DNA from: Tubiluchus corallicola
Lineage: Eukaryota; Animalia; Priapulida
DNA: 64,000 bases
Assembly (NCBI GenBank): GCA_030141605.1
Contig: JAQGDQ010002373.1
Location: 95,921-159,920, forward strand
Reading direction: 5' to 3'
The notes beneath the pieces are model-generated. The model saw nothing but the letters and a program-made list of their open reading frames with translations. It was not told the DNA's origin and searched no databases. Within the stretch, counting starts at the first letter, position 1; each line of letters opens with the position of its first letter. Shown piece after piece: positions 58,701-64,000 of the stretch. The position numbers were made by a program, and so were the translations under genes.

Positions 58701-61353
58701 CTTTTAAATTTAAACAGAATGTAGAGACGAAGTTCTAAAGCACTACAAAACACAGAGACATAAGTATAATAAAGAGACTAAGCCAGCTAGCATGGCTTTA
58801 AAATAAATGAGCAACAAAAATATTAAAAGTCTCTCTTGCCTTTGAATACCATCATGCCTGCGATGTATTTTTCTATATTAACTGATCATGTGCTCATCTG
58901 CAAGATTTATTCAGTTTTTGTATTTTTCCGTTTGTTAGGCTACAGAAATAGAATAAATTTGATTATTCCATTCCATCGACGACCCTTATATTGAATGTCC
59001 GAGTTACATGAGTCCCAATGGCATCTTTTAACCATGATTACAACCAGAAAAATAGCGTAAAATTAACTAATATTACATTGATGTATAATATAGGTTTTGA
59101 CCACATTTAAATTAATTTTGAGTGTGACGATCTCATTGAGGTTTATAAAAACTGGCCAGAAAAGAGAACATTTTGTTTTGCCTTTATTTATAGTTAATCA
59201 AATAGTTGTTTTTATCTAACTTGCAAAGCCATAAACTAAACTAAACTGCATATTTTCTTCATTGCAAAATGATTTAATCAACAACTCACAGACGTAAGCG
59301 TTGTGCATTTCTTCCTATAAATGAAACTAGACTATATATTTCCACTAATTCACTTGCAATTTCAATTGACAATAATAACACTTAGAACCAGGCCAATATT
59401 TCTCCCACTTAATGAAAAGTTGAGCATTTTTCATAACAGTGTTAGACAGTGCTGTGGTTAAATGTCCTGAACGTACCTGCGTTAATTAAGCTCTGCAGGT
59501 GCGTGAAATAACTTGCACGCTGATTGGACAGTCAACGAAAATGATTGACATAATGATTGACAAATTAGACGACACTTTCTATATTAGCGAATTTCAAGTT
59601 TAAATGCAAATTCTCTAAAAAGTGTTTTACGTGTTGACAATCATATTGCCCACACCTCTCTACCAAGGTCAGACTTTCTTATATACTGCTAGACAGTAGC
59701 TTATTTTTGGCATTTTAATTAATTTCTTAAATTAGTTAATGTTTTACGGAACATTTTAAAATAAATTATATTTTCAGCTACTTGGCGAACCAAATGACGA
59801 ATTGTATAATGTGAAACACACACACATCCCATAAACCGCTATTACTAGGTGTTAGCACCAATACCACATAGAACTGTAGCCTAAAACATAATTATTGACA
59901 ATATTGTAGCGTCCGCGCGATAGCTACATAATTTACAAACACCTGGCGGTGTAAAATAATAACTGATAGTATCTACCTGGCGGTGTAAATTAATAATCGT
60001 GCACTGAAAAAGAAAAATTGAACGAATACCTCCGCTAAAGTTTCAGATTGAGTAGGACTTAAGTCCCCAAAATAACCACTCATTTTTGTCGCATACAGCA
60101 AGATACACACAACACCAGAAGATCCCAGATAATGGATTAATTACATAAAACTTTTGCTAAAGTACACAAGAAAACGATGTAATTATTGACAACAAGACAC
60201 GACGTAAAGACATACACTGACAAATTTCTAAATCAATAAAGTGTACGATAATCGTACTGTACCCAGTGAGCAATGAGCTCTGTGTTTGCAACGTTTGCGC
60301 CATCTATAGTTCAATTTCACAACTTTCTTCAAGTATTGCCAAGTAGGTAATATTAGGTAATTAGCCTCTTTTAGCGCTATTTAATTGATTGTTCGATTCT
60401 ATTGATTTTTATTAATTGCTAGAGTTAGGAGGTTAAGGCTATAATACATTTTGAGAAAGAAGCTATTCGAAACTTGAGTTCGACTAAGTTAGAGTGAAAT
60501 AAATTTTACTTTGGCTCAATTGTATAACAATTCAGTACGAATAAAAAAGTAATGCAACTCAATTGTTGTTTCCTTTGTGTCTACACTATCTGTCAGATAG
60601 ACACAGAACATTAATAATCTAGTGCAACCTATCTACCTTAATTTTAGAACTCTGTTACACATAATTACGATTCACTTTAGGAATGTATGCTATTGCATAT
60701 TGAACGATGCCTACTGGGGGCAATAAATATAGTACAGACTCTAAAATAATCTATTTATAGTTTCAGTTAATTCTCAAACAGAAAAGTTGGCATCTAGATT
60801 TGGATCGTTTACTACATAAATCATTCCGACATCAGATGAGATGTTCACTGTCGTTGACATACAGGATACACCAGCTATATTATATATCTGCTGTAAAACA
60901 GTTAAGTTGTTGCAATCCAAGTGTTTTAATAGAAATAATTTATGAATATTTCCGTTCGAAATAGAAATTCAATGAATGAAAATGTTAATAATCAATTAAT
61001 ATTGAAGTCAGTATTCTTTCAATATTTAATTTTGCTGCAGCTTCAATAGGTATATACAGCACGTCTGTCTTTTATCAATTTTTTTTATTTAACTATTTCA
61101 TTATTTTTTGTAACGCAGTCTGCACAAATATTACGCAGAAAAAGACACGAAGAAATTAATATGTTGTTTTTTATATTGAAAGTTTTTATGATTGTTTAAA
61201 ATTTTGGCCAAATTTTGGCCAAACTTGGCGACGTTTTAGTTATGATTTGGCGAGAAAACGATATTTTGACGGCAACACTGTTACGTTAGACGTGGGTGTT
61301 TTCATACAGCATAACGTGTTCTCTACCGACTGAACGTTATAACGTTTTTAATT

Positions 61354-64000
61354 ATGGTGAGTTTATTTTAGTTAGATAATTCGCCTGTTTTAATTATATT
61401 TTGTTCACATGTGCCTTATTTTCTAAAAAAATTATATTAAAAGTACTATCGCCCGCGGCCTTTTTTAGCACCAGCTAGTAGTGATACATAAAAATCTTGA
61501 GATTAGCCACAGATGTTATTTACCGTTAGCACCACTAAGATGGTAAATCACTCAAGTTCTCAGTTTTATCTGTGATGTAATTTAAGTACATTCACACAGA
61601 GTCAATACTTTCCAGATGAACTTGTGTGCAGTGAGTTCTTTTTTGATCAGAAGAACAGTACCACTATTCTTCTTACATAATAATTATTATTAATATTATA
61701 ATAATTAGTACATGATAATTATTATTATTACTGGTGCAAAATGTGTTTTTAACATTTCAGTTGGTGTTGGTATTAGGAGACCTGCACATTCCACATCGAT
61801 GCAACAGTCTACCTCAAAAGTTCAAGAAACTACTAGTTCCTGGAAAGATTCAGCACATTCTTTGCACGGGTAATCTGTGCACAAAGGAGTCTTTTGATTA
61901 CTTGAAAACACTTGCTAGTGATGTTCATGTAGTACGAGGTGATTTTGACGAGGTATGTTCGAAATTTACGATGCGAATTAACAAACAGTATAGCTTTTTG
62001 CCTAACATTATTTTACTGTCTTCTGTACTGTTTTATTATCTATATATTCTAATCTCAGAGTCTCTAAGTCATTACTATTTAACCAGCTATAGTGACAATT
62101 TGACGAATATCTTTTTTCAGAATTTGAATTATCCTGAACAGAAAGTGGTGACTGTAGGTCAGTTTAGGATTGGCCTCTGTCATGGACATCAAGTCGTGCC
62201 GTGGGGTGATACAGAAAGTTTAGCAATAATTCAGGTAGGAATAAAACTAAAATTTATACCCAAAATTATATTCATTTCATTTGTTTGTTTATTCCTGGCT
62301 TGGTGTTAATTTAGTTGTTAGGGACCCGTTTTCAAGGAGCAGAAAAATGATGTTTCTGGATCATCTGCTTAAAGAACTGATGAGTCAATGCATTCGGTAT
62401 TTTTGAAATAATAAATTGCTGTTCATAATTATAACAACAATACAATTATGATACTAGTTAAGTGGTTTTCAATGTAATTGAATCAAAACAACTGCAAACT
62501 CGTTGAGCCACACACCTTATCCACACCGCACACTACCACACCACATCTGAAGTCATTGAGAGGAACCTGATCAAGGTTTGGGCTTCAAGCACCTCTAACC
62601 TCAAACCCGGCTACATATCAATTAGTTCATGGCAATAAGCCTTTTCACTGTTTCGCTATGTGCGCACCCAGTTACTGTACATCAAAAGTTAACTGGACCC
62701 AGAGCATCTTACTTAACTGCAACGGTCACATGACCTTATGCATGTGTCAATATGTAGGTGAAACTGGTGAAATACATGGTTATTTTTATTATATACTACA
62801 CGTGTATAGTTTTAAACTAGCATTTTATTCTTATATGAAAACACCTAACAAAATAGCAGCAACAATCCATGTTTAATGAAATAAGGGAAACAAATATTGA
62901 TGCCAAGAACTGCTGCTACAACAGCATGGGCCTCAAGGTGTTGTCAAGTGTAAGCAAATGCGTTGTTTGGTTCAGATAACTTTGTTAGGTTCACTTACCC
63001 TTTGACTGTTTCACAATCTTCATCAATCGCTGAAACTGTGAAAAGGCTAATTGCAATTTAAGATATTCTACGCACTAAGAAATTGAGTGACATATTGTCC
63101 TGGTAGGTATAGCATCTTTCAAGCCCTTATTACATTATTTTATAATACACTGAAGAGAAGAGGACAACTGCATATGCTGCAAAGGTTGTTAAGATTTATA
63201 GTTAAAGTAGTTCCTGATACTACACCCAAAATGTGCATTATACATAGTAGTGATCTACATATGTAGGCTTCTGTACAAACTTTGTTTCTGCATATAGTGC
63301 ATATGTTACTAGTCTATCACTTGTGATAGCATCAGCCTATTATTTGGAAAGCAATGAGGTTTTAATTTTGGTCAGATCGATTCTTGATTGAATGAATTAG
63401 CCCTGATGGCATCAGAAAACACTTAAAATAGCCAAGGTAGATATTTCTAGAAAACTGTAATAATGATGATAGAAAAAGTCCAGTACAACAGATATATTTG
63501 TACATTGCAAAGTACATTGTATATAAATGATGTACTTTTGATTTTCAAACATTCGTGTTTTGAATACTTAGCAATGTGCTTAATGCTATCGTAATCGTTA
63601 GAATGTGGGTTTTGCAAAAATTTTAAATACAAAGCACTAATTTTTTAATTAGTTACTTGCTTAGATTAATTAATTGGTTAACAAATTAATTGGCTTATTA
63701 ATATTTTGAAGAATACTCGAGCATTAATAAAAGTAAGTGTACAAAATGACTTGCATGTATAACTATAGTACGCTTTTACTGAAAGAAATAATTTACGACT
63801 TTCTAGTAACATTTTAAACTGTAGCAGTTATTTACCTTGTCATTTGTTCCATTCGTTGTGAACTTCCATATTAATTATCAATTTTCTTACAGAGACAGCT
63901 TGACGTTGATATTTTAATTAGCGGACACACCCACAAGTTCGAGGCATTTGAACATGAAGGCAAATTTTATATCAACCCCGGTACTGCCACAGGAGCATAT
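61354..64000 (+). CDS. VPS29: Vacuolar protein sorting-associated protein 29 (retromer subunit), 3' end outside the window
   Basis: The coding part of exon 1 is the ATG alone (61354-61356, then GTGAGT). Further exons: 61761-61952 ([13 protein letters not shown]...VRGDFDE), 62121-62234 ([30 protein letters not shown]), 63893-end ([36 protein letters not shown]). Confidence 0.97.

Overview
AT-rich, intron-rich eukaryotic (animal, probably invertebrate) genomic DNA. The 3' part of a RAD54B-like SNF2 helicase gene runs on the + strand (10 exons, 6556-40049). Its 19.5 kb intron carries an antisense gene with a single coding exon encoding a 3936-aa C2H2 zinc-finger protein. I count about 110 fingers by hand; about 77 are contiguous, and most of those are built from repeating 3- and 4-finger modules. 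A near-identical 1.3 kb copy of this gene's 3' end sits in another RAD54B intron. A 5'-truncated BEL/Pao LTR retrotransposon with an intact pol lies upstream of the first visible RAD54B exon. Downstream are a convergent SEC14-like (CRAL-TRIO + GOLD) gene on the - strand and a divergent VPS29 on the + strand, which runs off the window. Introns contain hAT-, pogo/Tigger-, Kolobok- and Harbinger-like MITEs, LINE fragments, a 30-bp minisatellite and microsatellites. Splice sites, counts and alignments were read by eye; no searches were run.
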